Part shown: piece after piece, positions 8,849-19,500 of the stretch
Layout of the letters: every line of letters starts with the position of its first letter
How positions within the stretch are numbered: position 1 is the stretch's first letter
Assembly (NCBI GenBank): GCA_035299425.1
Contig: DATGWP010000160.1
Coordinates: 4,929-68,928, forward strand
Length of the DNA stretch: 64,000 bases
Source: Chitinophagales bacterium
Lineage (GTDB): Bacteria; Bacteroidota; Bacteroidia; Chitinophagales; LD1
Direction of reading: 5' to 3'
Notes under the pieces: generated by a model
What the model was told of the DNA's origin: nothing
Seen by the model: the letters and a program-made list of their open reading frames with translations, nothing else
Database searches by the model: none
Made by a program: the position numbers and the translations under genes

Positions 8849-10138
8849 ATGGCAGTAGATATACTTTTGGGCCTTCAGTGGGGCGATGAAGGCAAGGGTA
8901 AAATAATAGATTACCTGGCCCCTAAATACGATATAATAGCACGCTTTCAGGGTGGGCCAAACGCGGGCCACACACTGGTAATAAATGGCAAGAAAACTGT
9001 ACTGCACACCGTGCCTTCGGGTATTTTGCAGGATAGGCCCATGAACGTAATTGGCAACGGGGTGGTAATAGACCCGGTTACGCTAAAGAAGGAGATTGAG
9101 AACCTGACCAGCATGGGGGTAGATGTAAATAAGAAATTGTTTATCTCTAAAAAAGCGCACCTTATTCTGCCTACGCACAAAACACTGGATGCCGCCAGCG
9201 AGGCCTCTAAAGGCCAGGAAAAAATAGGTTCTACCCTGCGTGGCATCTCTCCTACTTACATGGATAAAACAGGCCGCAACGGTTTGCGCATAGGCGATAT
9301 ACTGGCCGATAACTTTAAAACTCTTTACAACCGTATTAAGGAAAAGCACCTTAACCTGTTGAAGATGTACGACTTTGAATTCGACCCCGAACAAGGTGAA
9401 AAAGACTGGTTTGATGCTATTGAATTTGTAAGGTCGCTTAACCTGATAGACTCTGAGTATTACCTGAACAACGCCCTTTCTGCCGGTAAAAATATATTGG
9501 CTGAAGGTGCACAGGGAACCATGCTCGATATTGATTTTGGAACATACCCGTATGTTACTTCATCTAACACCATCACATCGGGTGCTTGTAACGGCCTGGG
9601 TATTGCCCCTACTAAAATTAAAGAGGTAATAGGTATTGCCAAGGCCTATTGCACGCGTGTAGGCAGCGGCCCGTTCCCTACCGAGTTGCTGAACGAAACA
9701 GGCGAGCAGATACGCAAAGTGGGCGGCGAGTTTGGCGCTACTACGGGCCGTCCGCGCCGCTGTGGCTGGATAGACCTGCCGGCATTGAAGTATGCCATTA
9801 TGATTAACGGAGTAACGCAGATAGCGATGACCAAGGCCGATATATTAAACGACTTTGAAACTATTGAAGCCTGCACCGACTATACTGTAAACGGTAAAAC
9901 AAGCCGCGAAATACCTTACGATATGGCTAACACCGTAATAGAACCGGTATACAAGAAATTAGCCGGCTGGAAAACCGACCTGCGTAAATTCAGCAGCTAC
10001 GACGACCTGCCTGAAACATTCGTAGGCTATTTAAACTTTGTAGAAGAATACCTGGGCACACCGGTAAGTATGATATCTACAGGGCCAGAGCGCGAGCGCC
10101 TGGTGTTTAAAAACGCAGCAGAACAAGTAGCACAGTAG
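8849..10138 (+). CDS. purA: adenylosuccinate synthase
   Basis: GLQWGDEGKGK P-loop, GPNAGHT, TTGRPRRCGW. Full-length at 429 aa. Confidence 0.97.
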   Translation: MAVDILLGLQWGDEGKGKIIDYLAPKYDIIARFQGGPNAGHTLVINGKKTVLHTVPSGILQDRPMNVIGNGVVIDPVTLKKEIENLTSMGVDVNKKLFISKKAHLILPTHKTLDAASEASKGQEKIGSTLRGISPTYMDKTGRNGLRIGDILADNFKTLYNRIKEKHLNLLKMYDFEFDPEQGEKDWFDAIEFVRSLNLIDSEYYLNNALSAGKNILAEGAQGTMLDIDFGTYPYVTSSNTITSGACNGLGIAPTKIKEVIGIAKAYCTRVGSGPFPTELLNETGEQIRKVGGEFGATTGRPRRCGWIDLPALKYAIMINGVTQIAMTKADILNDFETIEACTDYTVNGKTSREIPYDMANTVIEPVYKKLAGWKTDLRKFSSYDDLPETFVGYLNFVEEYLGTPVSMISTGPERERLVFKNAAEQVAQ

Positions 10139-10159
10139 ACAACAAATAACTACTATAGC

Positions 10160-10194
10160 AGGGCAACAGTAATTCAGTTTATTGTTGCCCTTTT
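10160..10194. terminator. bidirectional terminator between purA and the cytochrome c gene
   Basis: GGGCAACA..TGTTGCCC stem flanked by an A-rich and a T-rich run. Confidence 0.6.
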
Positions 10195-10195
10195 G

Positions 10196-10714
10196 TTATG
10201 GTATTGCAGCATTTAACGCCTGAGGTATGTTGCCATCCGGGTATTCTATATAAAGCAGAATATCTTTAACCTGTTCATCGCTAAGGGTTGTAAATACATT
10301 CATCTGGCTTTCGCGTGAGTTAGACATGGCTATTCCATATTTATAGCCGGCATCCACCACTTCATGCCAGTTTTTTATCCAAGTGTACAACCATTGCTCC
10401 CCGCTCTTCTTTTTGTATTTACCTGCCGCTTGCCACCTTGCTGTTACACCTTGTAATGGAGGACCGGTACCATCTGCTTTGGGATTGTGACACGATGCGC
10501 AGTTAGATTTAAAAAGACTTTTGCCTTCATGCCATTGTGGGGCTACGGCTTTGGGCACAGGCATAGTTGTACCACACCACCAGCGGGACTCCTCTTTCCT
10601 TTCAAACGTTACAATGTGTTCCGGAACTTCAAAATCAATTTGCAACGCTATGCAAGTGGAGAGAAGGATAGCGCTTAACAAAATGGGTAACTCAATATAC
10701 CACTTGCGAAGCAT
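10196..10714 (-). CDS. membrane-anchored class I c-type cytochrome
   Basis: N-terminal TM helix, single haem motif CASCH, downstream Met ligand region. Confidence 0.75.
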   Translation of the reverse strand: MLRKWYIELPILLSAILLSTCIALQIDFEVPEHIVTFERKEESRWWCGTTMPVPKAVAPQWHEGKSLFKSNCASCHNPKADGTGPPLQGVTARWQAAGKYKKKSGEQWLYTWIKNWHEVVDAGYKYGIAMSNSRESQMNVFTTLSDEQVKDILLYIEYPDGNIPQALNAAIP

Positions 10715-11109
10715 AGTGCAAACATACTGCACAGTTTTTATATGTATGTGGTTTTTACATAAAAGATTGTTCTGATAGTTTCCTTAAAACAATACCAGAT
10801 CTGACCAAAGTTACAAACTGCCGCGCGTTTTGCATTCCGGCCTGAAAGGACCTCATCTATCAGCACAGGTCGAAGGCCTGTGGCATCTTAAGCAACTCCT
10901 TCCTTAAAGCCCTGCAAGGGCGCAATATTAAGGTACATGCGAGGCGATTCTCCCATTGCTAATATTCCCTTATTTTGGTAAAATTTTATTGTTCCAAACA
11001 GTACCCCCCCTGCACCACTTCTCAAAAAATACATTTGATAATCAACACTTTAAGCAGCGCCGTGTGCACCATTTTTAAAAATTGGCATTTTGGTGCACCA
11101 GCAACAGTG

Positions 11110-11652
11110 CTACAAATTCCGGGCGTAAACATGCAACCCTTTCAGGTCTGCTTGCCCTATGCGTTCTTCGGCAGCCCGATTGCGGCTAAACTTAAACCTA
11201 TGCGCCAGGTTAAGCGACTTTTCATTATCCGGATGAATGACCGCCTCCAGCATTTGCACCTGCATAGAGTTAATCGCATAATCAATAACAGCTGTAACAG
11301 CTTCTACCATTATTCCCTTGCCCTGGTAATCGGGGTGCAACTCATACCCAAGTTCGGTGCTCAGGTGTTCATTATTAAAGCCAAAGAGGCAGGCAGTGCC
11401 TATCAGTTGTGGGTTATCTTTTAAACAGACCGCCCAGTTAATACCAGTGTTGTTCGCCAGGAAGTTATTCAGCGTTTCTATACGCGTCTCTGCATCGTGT
11501 ATTGATAAAGTCTTAGGCCTGTCAACATACAGGTTCATGCTTTCTATCGAACGCAATTCAGATAATGCAGGAGCATCTTTAGCTTCTAACTGCCTTAGCA
11601 AGAGGCGTTCGGTAGTTAATACAGGAAAGGGGGTAAAATTCAGGTTCAGCAT
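11110..11652 (-). CDS. GNAT family N-acetyltransferase (RimJ/RimL-like)
   Basis: LLLRQLEAKDA..., acetyl-CoA motif YQGKGIMVEAV. 180 aa. Confidence 0.8.
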   Translation of the reverse strand: MLNLNFTPFPVLTTERLLLRQLEAKDAPALSELRSIESMNLYVDRPKTLSIHDAETRIETLNNFLANNTGINWAVCLKDNPQLIGTACLFGFNNEHLSTELGYELHPDYQGKGIMVEAVTAVIDYAINSMQVQMLEAVIHPDNEKSLNLAHRFKFSRNRAAEERIGQADLKGLHVYARNL

Positions 11653-11696
11653 AGTTCCAAATGTAATGCAATGCTAATAAACATTATTCTTGCGCT

Positions 11697-13025
11697 GTGG
11701 CAGAGACAACTACCGTTACCATAGCAGATATAGCAGCGTTTAAGCTAAAAGCGCTGGCATGGGCTAATCAGTTCCCGGTGGCATGCCTGCTCGATTCTAA
11801 TAACTACCCACATAATAATTATAAGCCTGCCGAATGGCTACTGGCAGTAGATGCCGCAGATTATGTATCAGATAGTGCCGCAAACAATCTATCCTTAAAT
11901 CCGGTTGCCACTGGAATAAACTCATTCCAGAAACTGCAACACTTCCAAGCCAATGCCGGCTCCTCCATATTCGGCTTTTTAGGCTACGACTTAAAGAATG
12001 AAATTGAAGACCTGCAAAGTAATAACTACGATGGGCTGCAGTTTCCCAACTTCTACTTTTTCAAGCCACGTTACATACTTGAAATAACCGGCAGCAAACT
12101 CACGGTGAACAGAAACTACCCCGAGACATTCGAGTTAATTGAGCAAATACAGAATACCAAAAACGAAATAAGAAATACGAAACTAAGTACCCCTCTGAAA
12201 GCAAGAACAGCCAAGGGCACTTACCTGGAAAACATAGAGAGCATACGCCAGCAAATTGTAGCCGGCGACTTTTATGAAATGAATTATTGCAACGAGTTTT
12301 ATGCAGAGCAAATTGCTATCAACCCTGTAGATGTTTTCACCCAACTAAATTCAAAAGCACAAGCCCCCTTTAGCTGCTACTTTAAGCTGAATGACAAATA
12401 CCTGCTGTGCGCCAGCCCCGAAAGGTTTTTGAAAAAAGAAGGCACTAAACTTATATCGCAGCCTATTAAAGGCACTATCCGCAAAGGGGAAACAGAGGAA
12501 GAAAATGAACTGCTAAAAAGCCAACTGCGCAGCGATGAAAAGGAGCGTGCCGAAAACATTATGATAGTAGACCTGGTGCGGAATGACTTAGCCAAAAGCT
12601 CGGCACCGGGCAGTGTGAGAGTAGAAGAGCTTTGTGAAATATATGAGTTCGCATCCGTCAACCAAATGATATCTACCGTTACATCTCAGTTGGAAAATAC
12701 AGGTGCGGTGGAAGCAATAAAAAATGCCTTCCCCATGGGCAGTATGACCGGTGCGCCCAAAATAGAGGTAATGAAAAACATAGAGCGCTACGAAGATTTT
12801 AAGCGCGGCCTTTACAGTGGCAGCGTTGGCTACTTTACTCCTAATGGCGATTTCGATTTTAATGTGGTAATCCGCAGCATACTCTACAATGCTACCCAAA
12901 GCTATCTATCAATCCGTGTGGGTGGCGCCATCACTTACGATAGTATTGCCGATAACGAATGGAACGAAATTCTGCTGAAAGCCCAAAGCATGATGCAGGT
13001 GTTAGAAGCCGACCTGGAAACCTAA
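11697..13025 (+). CDS. pabB: aminodeoxychorismate/anthranilate synthase component I family (PabB-like)
   Basis: Chorismate-binding core: SPERFL, IKGT, DEKERAENIMIVDLVRND, FPMGSMTGAPK, GGAI. GTG start. Confidence 0.8.
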   Translation: MAETTTVTIADIAAFKLKALAWANQFPVACLLDSNNYPHNNYKPAEWLLAVDAADYVSDSAANNLSLNPVATGINSFQKLQHFQANAGSSIFGFLGYDLKNEIEDLQSNNYDGLQFPNFYFFKPRYILEITGSKLTVNRNYPETFELIEQIQNTKNEIRNTKLSTPLKARTAKGTYLENIESIRQQIVAGDFYEMNYCNEFYAEQIAINPVDVFTQLNSKAQAPFSCYFKLNDKYLLCASPERFLKKEGTKLISQPIKGTIRKGETEEENELLKSQLRSDEKERAENIMIVDLVRNDLAKSSAPGSVRVEELCEIYEFASVNQMISTVTSQLENTGAVEAIKNAFPMGSMTGAPKIEVMKNIERYEDFKRGLYSGSVGYFTPNGDFDFNVVIRSILYNATQSYLSIRVGGAITYDSIADNEWNEILLKAQSMMQVLEADLET

Positions 13026-13352
13026 CTAAGGATACACCCTTATCTTTTCACTGGTGCCGCTTGATTTTCGCCCATTGGTAACCAGCAGGTAGATAGTATG
13101 CTCTCCGGGTGTAGCAAAGTGCAGGGTTATACGGGGAGTGAAATACACCGAGTCATCGTTAATTTGCCAGTTGTACTGGCTTGCCTGGCTGCTGCAATAA
13201 CCATTAATTACTACCGGCTCATTTACATGAATAGAATCGCCATTACCCTCTACCTGAAAACAGGCAAAAGGATTGCTGCCCCCGCACCCTGTAAAACACA
13301 GTGCCAGAACACCCATCACACAAAAACAAAGCACCAGTTTTTTCAGCATCAT
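13026..13352 (-). CDS. small PKD-like lipoprotein
   Basis: Lipobox LCFTGC followed by an Ig/PKD-like strand pattern. Its start overlaps the tyrS stop by 1 nt. Confidence 0.55.
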   Translation of the reverse strand: MMLKKLVLCFCVMGVLALCFTGCGGSNPFACFQVEGNGDSIHVNEPVVINGYCSSQASQYNWQINDDSVYFTPRITLHFATPGEHTIYLLVTNGRKSSGTSEKIRVYP

Positions 13353-14629
13353 TAATTAACCACTATCAGGTAATAATTCTTCTTTCCTTTCTGAACTAAC
13401 AGATACTTTCCGTAGAGCAGGTCATCGGCTGTCAGCCTTTTATCCATGCTCCACTTTTGCTTATTAATGCTTACACCATTACCTTGTATAGCTTTGCGCG
13501 CCTCTCCCTTACTTGGGTAAATACCAGTTTCAGCACCCAGCAGAGAAACAGTATCCACCTCTGCCGCAAACAGGCTTTTGCTTACAGTAAAAATATCTTT
13601 CTCATCTATCAAATCTTCAATTTCAGCTTCACTCAGCTGCTTAAAATCTTCAAACGATGAGCCAAAAAGTATAGCCGTTGTATCCTGTGCGCGTTTCAAA
13701 TCCTCTCCAGAATGCACTCTGGCCGTTACCTCTTCCGCCAATGCTTTTTGCAACCCTCTCAAATGCGGCGCTTCGGCATGTTGCTTTTCCAACGCTTCAA
13801 TTTCTTCTCTGTTTTTCAACGAGAATATGCGTAGCAAATTAGGCGCATCAGCATCCGTAGCATTTAGCCAAAACTGGTAAAACTTAAATGGCGATGTCTT
13901 TTTAGCATCCAGCCAGATATTACCGCCTTCGCTTTTGCCAAATTTAGTTCCGTCAGCTTTTTTTATCAATTGGGTAGTTACGGCAAAAGCCTCGCCCGCA
14001 TCTTTTCTGCGTATCAGCTCAGTGCCGGTAACTATATTGCCCCACTGGTCGCTACCGCCCAATTGCAGTTTTACATTTTTGTTCTTCCATAGCCAGTAAA
14101 AATCATAGCCCTGTATCAGCTGGTACGTAAACTCGGTAAAACTCATACCCGACTCTGCCTCTATTCTGTTTTTAACCGAATCTTTGGCCAGCATATAGTT
14201 AATGGTAATATACTTACCCGCATCGCGTATAAAGTCGAGAAACGAAATCTCTTTAAACCAATCGTAGTTGTTTACTATTTCGGCCGAGTTAGCGCCGCAG
14301 TTAAAATCAAGGAACTTCTCCAGCTGCTTTTTCTGACAATCCAGGTTGTACTGTATCTCCTCTACCGATAGCAACGACCTTTCAGCCGTTTTGCCCGATG
14401 GGTCGCCTACCCTACCTGTGGCACCACCAATTAAGGCCATTGGTTTGTGCCCTGCCCGCTGAAAATGCATCAGCGTCATTACCTGCACCATGTTGCCTAT
14501 GCCCAGCGAATCTGCCGTAGGGTCAAAACCAATATACCCGGTCACCATCTCTTTATTCAATAGGTCCTCAGTTCCCGGCATTATATCGTGCAGCATGTTC
14601 CGCCACCTTAACTCGTCTACAAATCCCAT
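13352..14629 (-). CDS. tyrS: tyrosine--tRNA ligase
   Basis: Class I HIGH-type (FDPTADSLGIGN) and KMSKS-type (KFGKS) motifs plus a C-terminal S4 domain. ATG at 14629 is preferred. Confidence 0.95.
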   Translation of the reverse strand: MGFVDELRWRNMLHDIMPGTEDLLNKEMVTGYIGFDPTADSLGIGNMVQVMTLMHFQRAGHKPMALIGGATGRVGDPSGKTAERSLLSVEEIQYNLDCQKKQLEKFLDFNCGANSAEIVNNYDWFKEISFLDFIRDAGKYITINYMLAKDSVKNRIEAESGMSFTEFTYQLIQGYDFYWLWKNKNVKLQLGGSDQWGNIVTGTELIRRKDAGEAFAVTTQLIKKADGTKFGKSEGGNIWLDAKKTSPFKFYQFWLNATDADAPNLLRIFSLKNREEIEALEKQHAEAPHLRGLQKALAEEVTARVHSGEDLKRAQDTTAILFGSSFEDFKQLSEAEIEDLIDEKDIFTVSKSLFAAEVDTVSLLGAETGIYPSKGEARKAIQGNGVSINKQKWSMDKRLTADDLLYGKYLLVQKGKKNYYLIVVN

Positions 14630-14764
14630 TTTACTTTTTGTTTCTGTTTTGATTACTAATTTGCACAAACCTACTGATTATACCCTTAAATACAATTAAA
14701 TAGGCCACTAGTAGGGCAGTTTTCTTAGGTAATTAAACAATTTCTGCGCAAAATAGATTGAACG

Positions 14765-15421
14765 ATGCACTTTCTGGCCCATTACTTTACCGAGTTACCC
14801 CAAAATGACCCTTTGTTTGTTGTGGGCCTTGCCATACCTGATTTGGCTCCCCGCTTCACCAAAGCATACAACTCAAACATTGTTAAACACATGCCTTCCA
14901 CAAGTCACGCTTTGAAACAGATTCATTTGGGAATCGTTCAACACTTTGGAGCCGATAAGAGATTTCATAATGCCGCCCCGTTTTTGAAGGAGGTCACACT
15001 TGCTATACAATCCTTTGTAGATGCGGGTTTGAGCCGGGAGAGGTTACGATTATCTGTTATAGCCCATATAGCGGTAGAGATGTTAATTGACAGACAGATT
15101 ATGCTGGAAAATGAAGGGGTTTGTGATGATTATTACGCCTTAGTTGACCGTGCCGACGAGGAATTTATAGGTCAATATTTTGACCTATTTTCATTGCAGG
15201 TTGAAAAGCAGATTTTTTTGCGTAATTTTCAGTTTTACAAGCAAAAGCGTTTCCTGCTCTTGTTTACGGAACTTGAGAGTATTGTAGAGGGATTGAACAA
15301 AATTTATGGGTCGGTTACCAAAATAGAGTTTACAGCTGATGAAAAGCGTAGGTTTTTAATTGGTTTACACAATATAGACAGTAGATTGCGTTATAGCTGG
15401 CAGGAAATTTTGAACCTTTAA
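14765..15421 (+). CDS. hypothetical protein, possibly ACP phosphodiesterase (AcpH)-like
   Basis: The N-terminus MHFLAHYF resembles the AcpH MNFLAH start and has scattered His/Asp. Function is uncertain. Confidence 0.4.
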   Translation: MHFLAHYFTELPQNDPLFVVGLAIPDLAPRFTKAYNSNIVKHMPSTSHALKQIHLGIVQHFGADKRFHNAAPFLKEVTLAIQSFVDAGLSRERLRLSVIAHIAVEMLIDRQIMLENEGVCDDYYALVDRADEEFIGQYFDLFSLQVEKQIFLRNFQFYKQKRFLLLFTELESIVEGLNKIYGSVTKIEFTADEKRRFLIGLHNIDSRLRYSWQEILNL

Positions 15422-15424
15422 TTT

Positions 15425-16537
15425 ATGATGAAAAAAAGCGGACTTGTTATCCTTGTTTTACTTTGTTGTTCAGGTGCATTTGCCCAGGTAGTGCGTAAAT
15501 ACAGCAATGAATTTTTGAACATTGGTGTAGGTGCCCGCGGGCTGGCCATGAGCAATGCCCAGGTAGCCACAACTGGCGATGCTTATTCTAACTACTATAA
15601 CCCGGCAGGGTTGGTGCATATACCCAACACCTTTCAGATAGGTATAATGCACAGCGAGTATTTTGCCGGTATAGCCAAATACGATTATGTATCGCTGGCA
15701 GTACCCGTTAAGGCGCAAAAAAGCGTTATAGGCTTTTCTTTCTTCCGCTTTGGGGTAGATGATATTCCCAACACCCTTTTCCTGGTGCAGCCAGATGGTA
15801 GTGTAGATTACAGCAAGATTACCTCTTTCAGCGCTGCCGATTATGCCTTTATGTTTCACTACGCACAGGCGCTGCCTGTTAAAGGCCTTAGCCTGGGTGG
15901 TAGTGCCAAAGTTATTTATCGCCACATAGGTAAGTTTGCCAAGGCTTACGGTTTTGGTATCGACCTTGGTTTGCAATACCGCCTTAAGCAATGGCGCTTT
16001 GGTTTAATGGCCCGCGATATCACCAGCACCTTCGATGCCTGGAATATCAATTTCAGCGAAGCCGAAAAACAAGCCCTGCTGCAAGCAAATAATGCCCTGC
16101 CGCAAAACAGCCTTGAAATTACCACGCCCACTATACAGTTAGGTGTAGCCTACGATGCCAACATCAAAAACAAATTCTTTATTACACCAGAGGTAAACTT
16201 CTCGCTTACTACCGATGGTAAGCGCAACGTATTAATAGCCGCCAAGCCTATAAGCATTGATATGAACGCCGGCCTTGAGCTTAAATACGTGCCTGCCAAA
16301 GATATTGATGTGTGTATACGTGCCGGTGTAGGCAACCTGCAGCGCTCTACCGATGAGCTTGGAAAAAAACGCTTTACTGTAGCGCCCAACATTGGCGCCG
16401 GCGTACATGTAAAAATCATTTCACTGGATTACGCGCTTACCAACCTTACTACCATTAAGGATAAGGATGGCGGTGCAGGTTTGTATTCGCACGTAATATC
16501 GTTACGGTTAGACATAAATAAAAAACAGAAGGATTAG
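15425..16537 (+). CDS. PorV/PorQ-family outer-membrane beta-barrel (T9SS shuttle-like)
   Basis: Signal peptide, GARGLAMSNAQVATTGDAYSNYYNPAGL signature, beta-barrel periodicity. Lies adjacent to the C25-like gene. Confidence 0.7.
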   Translation: MMKKSGLVILVLLCCSGAFAQVVRKYSNEFLNIGVGARGLAMSNAQVATTGDAYSNYYNPAGLVHIPNTFQIGIMHSEYFAGIAKYDYVSLAVPVKAQKSVIGFSFFRFGVDDIPNTLFLVQPDGSVDYSKITSFSAADYAFMFHYAQALPVKGLSLGGSAKVIYRHIGKFAKAYGFGIDLGLQYRLKQWRFGLMARDITSTFDAWNINFSEAEKQALLQANNALPQNSLEITTPTIQLGVAYDANIKNKFFITPEVNFSLTTDGKRNVLIAAKPISIDMNAGLELKYVPAKDIDVCIRAGVGNLQRSTDELGKKRFTVAPNIGAGVHVKIISLDYALTNLTTIKDKDGGAGLYSHVISLRLDINKKQKD

Positions 16538-16591
16538 TATATCAAGCAAGGTGCAGGAAGGATGCATCATTTGGAACCCAAAAGTAATTGC

Positions 16592-19500
16592 ATGAAAAAA
16601 ATTTTACTCTTCTTCTTTTTACTAGCCGGTATAGCTGGTGTGCAAGCGCAGCCTACGTATGGTAATGAATGGGTAGACGCCACGCGACCGCATTACAAAT
16701 TTACCAGCAGATTTACTGCTATACACCGGATTAGTTATAACGCCCTTTTAGCTCATATACCTAACTTGCAATTAATCAGTAAGAATTCTTTCGTGCTTTT
16801 TCGCAACGGCAAGGCTCTTCCAATTTACATCTCCGGTACAGGTACCACAATGACATCCAACGACTATATTGAGTTTTATGGCATAGGTAATACGGGAGAT
16901 ATAGACTCACTTTTTTATCGCACTGCCGATGATCAGATAAACCCCGATATAAGCCTGTTTACAGATGAAGCAGTATATTTTCTTACAACCAATAACTTGC
17001 CTAATAACCCACGGCTGACATTTGCATCGAACAATCTGACCAATCACCCTCCTAAAGATGAATACTATATGCACCGGGAGAAGGTTACTTACAATACAGC
17101 AAACCGCATGTATTACCCCGGTAAGTATTACTCGGTAGGGCAAACAGAAACCTACAAACCCATTTATGATATAGGAGAAGGCTACACCGACAAGTTTTTC
17201 TTTGGGGTTCCGCTTTCCGTAACACTTAGCGATATTTATACACAAGGGCCTAATGCTATTTTCCGTACTAATTACACTAACAATTCGTACGAACAGCACA
17301 ATGTTCGCATACGGCTAAACAATAACCAGGTATACCCTGCCAGCGGCACCCAAGATGCTTACGGGTTTAAACTTAACCGGGTAGAAGTACCGGTATCCAC
17401 CTCCGTTTTAGTAAACGGAACCAATACTTTTGAGTATAACGATATTGGCCCTGCAACCAGTTCTCACAAAAATGTGATAGGCTCAGTATCTCTTGAGTAT
17501 CCCCGACAATTTACTTTTAATACCAATGGAATTTCTATTGAGCTGGATAGTTCGTCATCCAATAAATACATTGAAATAAATGCTTTCGACAATAGTTCGC
17601 AGCTTTTGTTGTATGATGTAACCAATGGCAGGATTTACCGCGCAAATGAAGCAGCCGGCGTATATCCTGCTAAATTTAACCTGGAACCTTCTGCGCTTAA
17701 GCGACAAGTAGTAATACGTGCTGACAATGTAGGCGCGGTGCGTGCCGTAACTGCCAGCGACATTACACCTGTAAACTTTACCGATTTTACCAATACCAAT
17801 AACCAGGGTGAATATTACATTGTTACCCACAGTTCGTTACTGGCAGATGATGGTACCGGCAACTATTGGGTAGAAGAATACCGTAAATACCGCGACAGGC
17901 AGGAAAATCCCGCAACCGGCAAATTCACGCAGGCCCGAATTGTGGATATAGAACAGTTGTATGACCAGTTTGGGTATGGCATTCGTAAGTCACCCCTTGG
18001 CTTGCGTAACTTTATAAACTATATGGCCAAAAGCACGGCTATATCCCTCAAAACAAAGTACATTTTCCTGATAGGTAAAGGGCGTGAAGCGCCTTCCTAT
18101 CGCGACACTTTGTTTAACCCAACAGGCAGCGATGCATATGCCAAATGCCTTATTCCCACTTTTGGTTATCCGGGGTCGGATAACTTGTTGGCAGCGAGCC
18201 GCGAAAGCGATATACCCTGCGTAGCTATAGGGCGCCTGGCAGCCACCAATGTGGCACAGGTACGCGATTACCTGGCTAAGATTAAGCTGTATGAAGAGCA
18301 ACAAAATTCATACGTTTGTGCCCAGCCCATAGCGCCTAAAGACTGGCAGAAAAATGTGTTGCACTTTAGCGGGGGGACAACGCCCTCGGAGCAATTCATC
18401 TTTAAATATTATGTAGATAATTACCGGAAAATAGTAGAGGATTCTCTTTGGGGATGTACAGTTACCTCTTTTTCTAAAACAAGTAACAATCCTATTGATG
18501 TAAGCTTATCGCAGGTAATAAAGGATAAGATAAATGCCGGTGCAAGCTGGATAACCTTCTTTGGACACTCGGCTACCGGCGCCTTCGATTTTAGCATAGA
18601 CGAACCTGAAAACTATAACAACTCCCCTAAATTCCCTATAATATTATCCAATGGTTGTTTTTCCGGATTTATTCACGATGCCGGCGAGGGCTATAGCGAG
18701 CGATTTGTATTGGGCCCAGATAGAGGCGCCATAGCATTTATGGCTACTTCCAGCTTATCGGTGTCAAGCGGATTAAATAATTTTTCGGACCGCTTGTATA
18801 AAAACATCAGTGTAAATACTTATAACCAACCATTGGGCGATGGAGTTAAGAAAACGCTTTCCGATTTATTTTCGCAACAAAACCCGGCCATAGATGACTA
18901 CACCGCGGAGATTGCCTACGAAATGACCTTGCACGGCGACCCTGGTTTGAAACCGAACCAATATCCTAAGCCGGATTTTGCTATTGAGCCATCTTCGGTG
19001 TTTACCACGCCTGTTACTGTGGACGCAGCATCCGATTCATTTGATATAAATGTTGTGGTAACCAATCTTGGCAAATCGTTCATACGTACTATTGATGCAG
19101 CGATTGATACGGCAACCAGAGATACTATTTCTGTATCTTTAAAAAGGACCATTTTTGATGCCGGCAATAATCCGGTTTACTACTACTACAGCAAAAAAAT
19201 GCTTGCCCCATTTTATAAAGACACTATAAAGTTTACTTTGCCTGTAACTATCTCTACACTTGGCTATGGGCAAAACCTGTTTGAACCCATGGTAGATGCG
19301 GGGTTTGCTGTAGTTGAAATGGCGGAGTGTAACAACACCCTTACAGCCCCCTTTACTACGTACATACAAAGCGATGATGTAATTCCCATCTATCCTTACG
19401 AATTTGCCATAGTGCCTGAAAAGGGGGTTACTTTAAAAGCATCAACAGTTAATCCATTTGCACCTTTGCGCGCGTACCGCATACAAATTGACACCAGCGA

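Noticed and set aside
10830-10925. Possible SRP (4.5S) RNA, because of AGGUC / GGCC / GCA strings and a tight hairpin.
   Set aside because: The hairpin loop is GAA/CGAAG rather than the conserved GNRA (GGAA) tetraloop. The flanking symmetric and asymmetric loop consensus of domain IV is absent.
13350-13354. The 1-nt stop/start overlaps (TAATG) between tyrS and the PKD lipoprotein gene, and between the permease gene and apt at 45399.
   Set aside because: This is common compact gene packing and not evidence of a special mechanism.
14630-14764. A possible T-box or other leader upstream of tyrS.
   Set aside because: There is no specifier or T-box sequence and no terminator hairpin. The interval is short and AT-rich, and T-boxes are not expected in this phylum.
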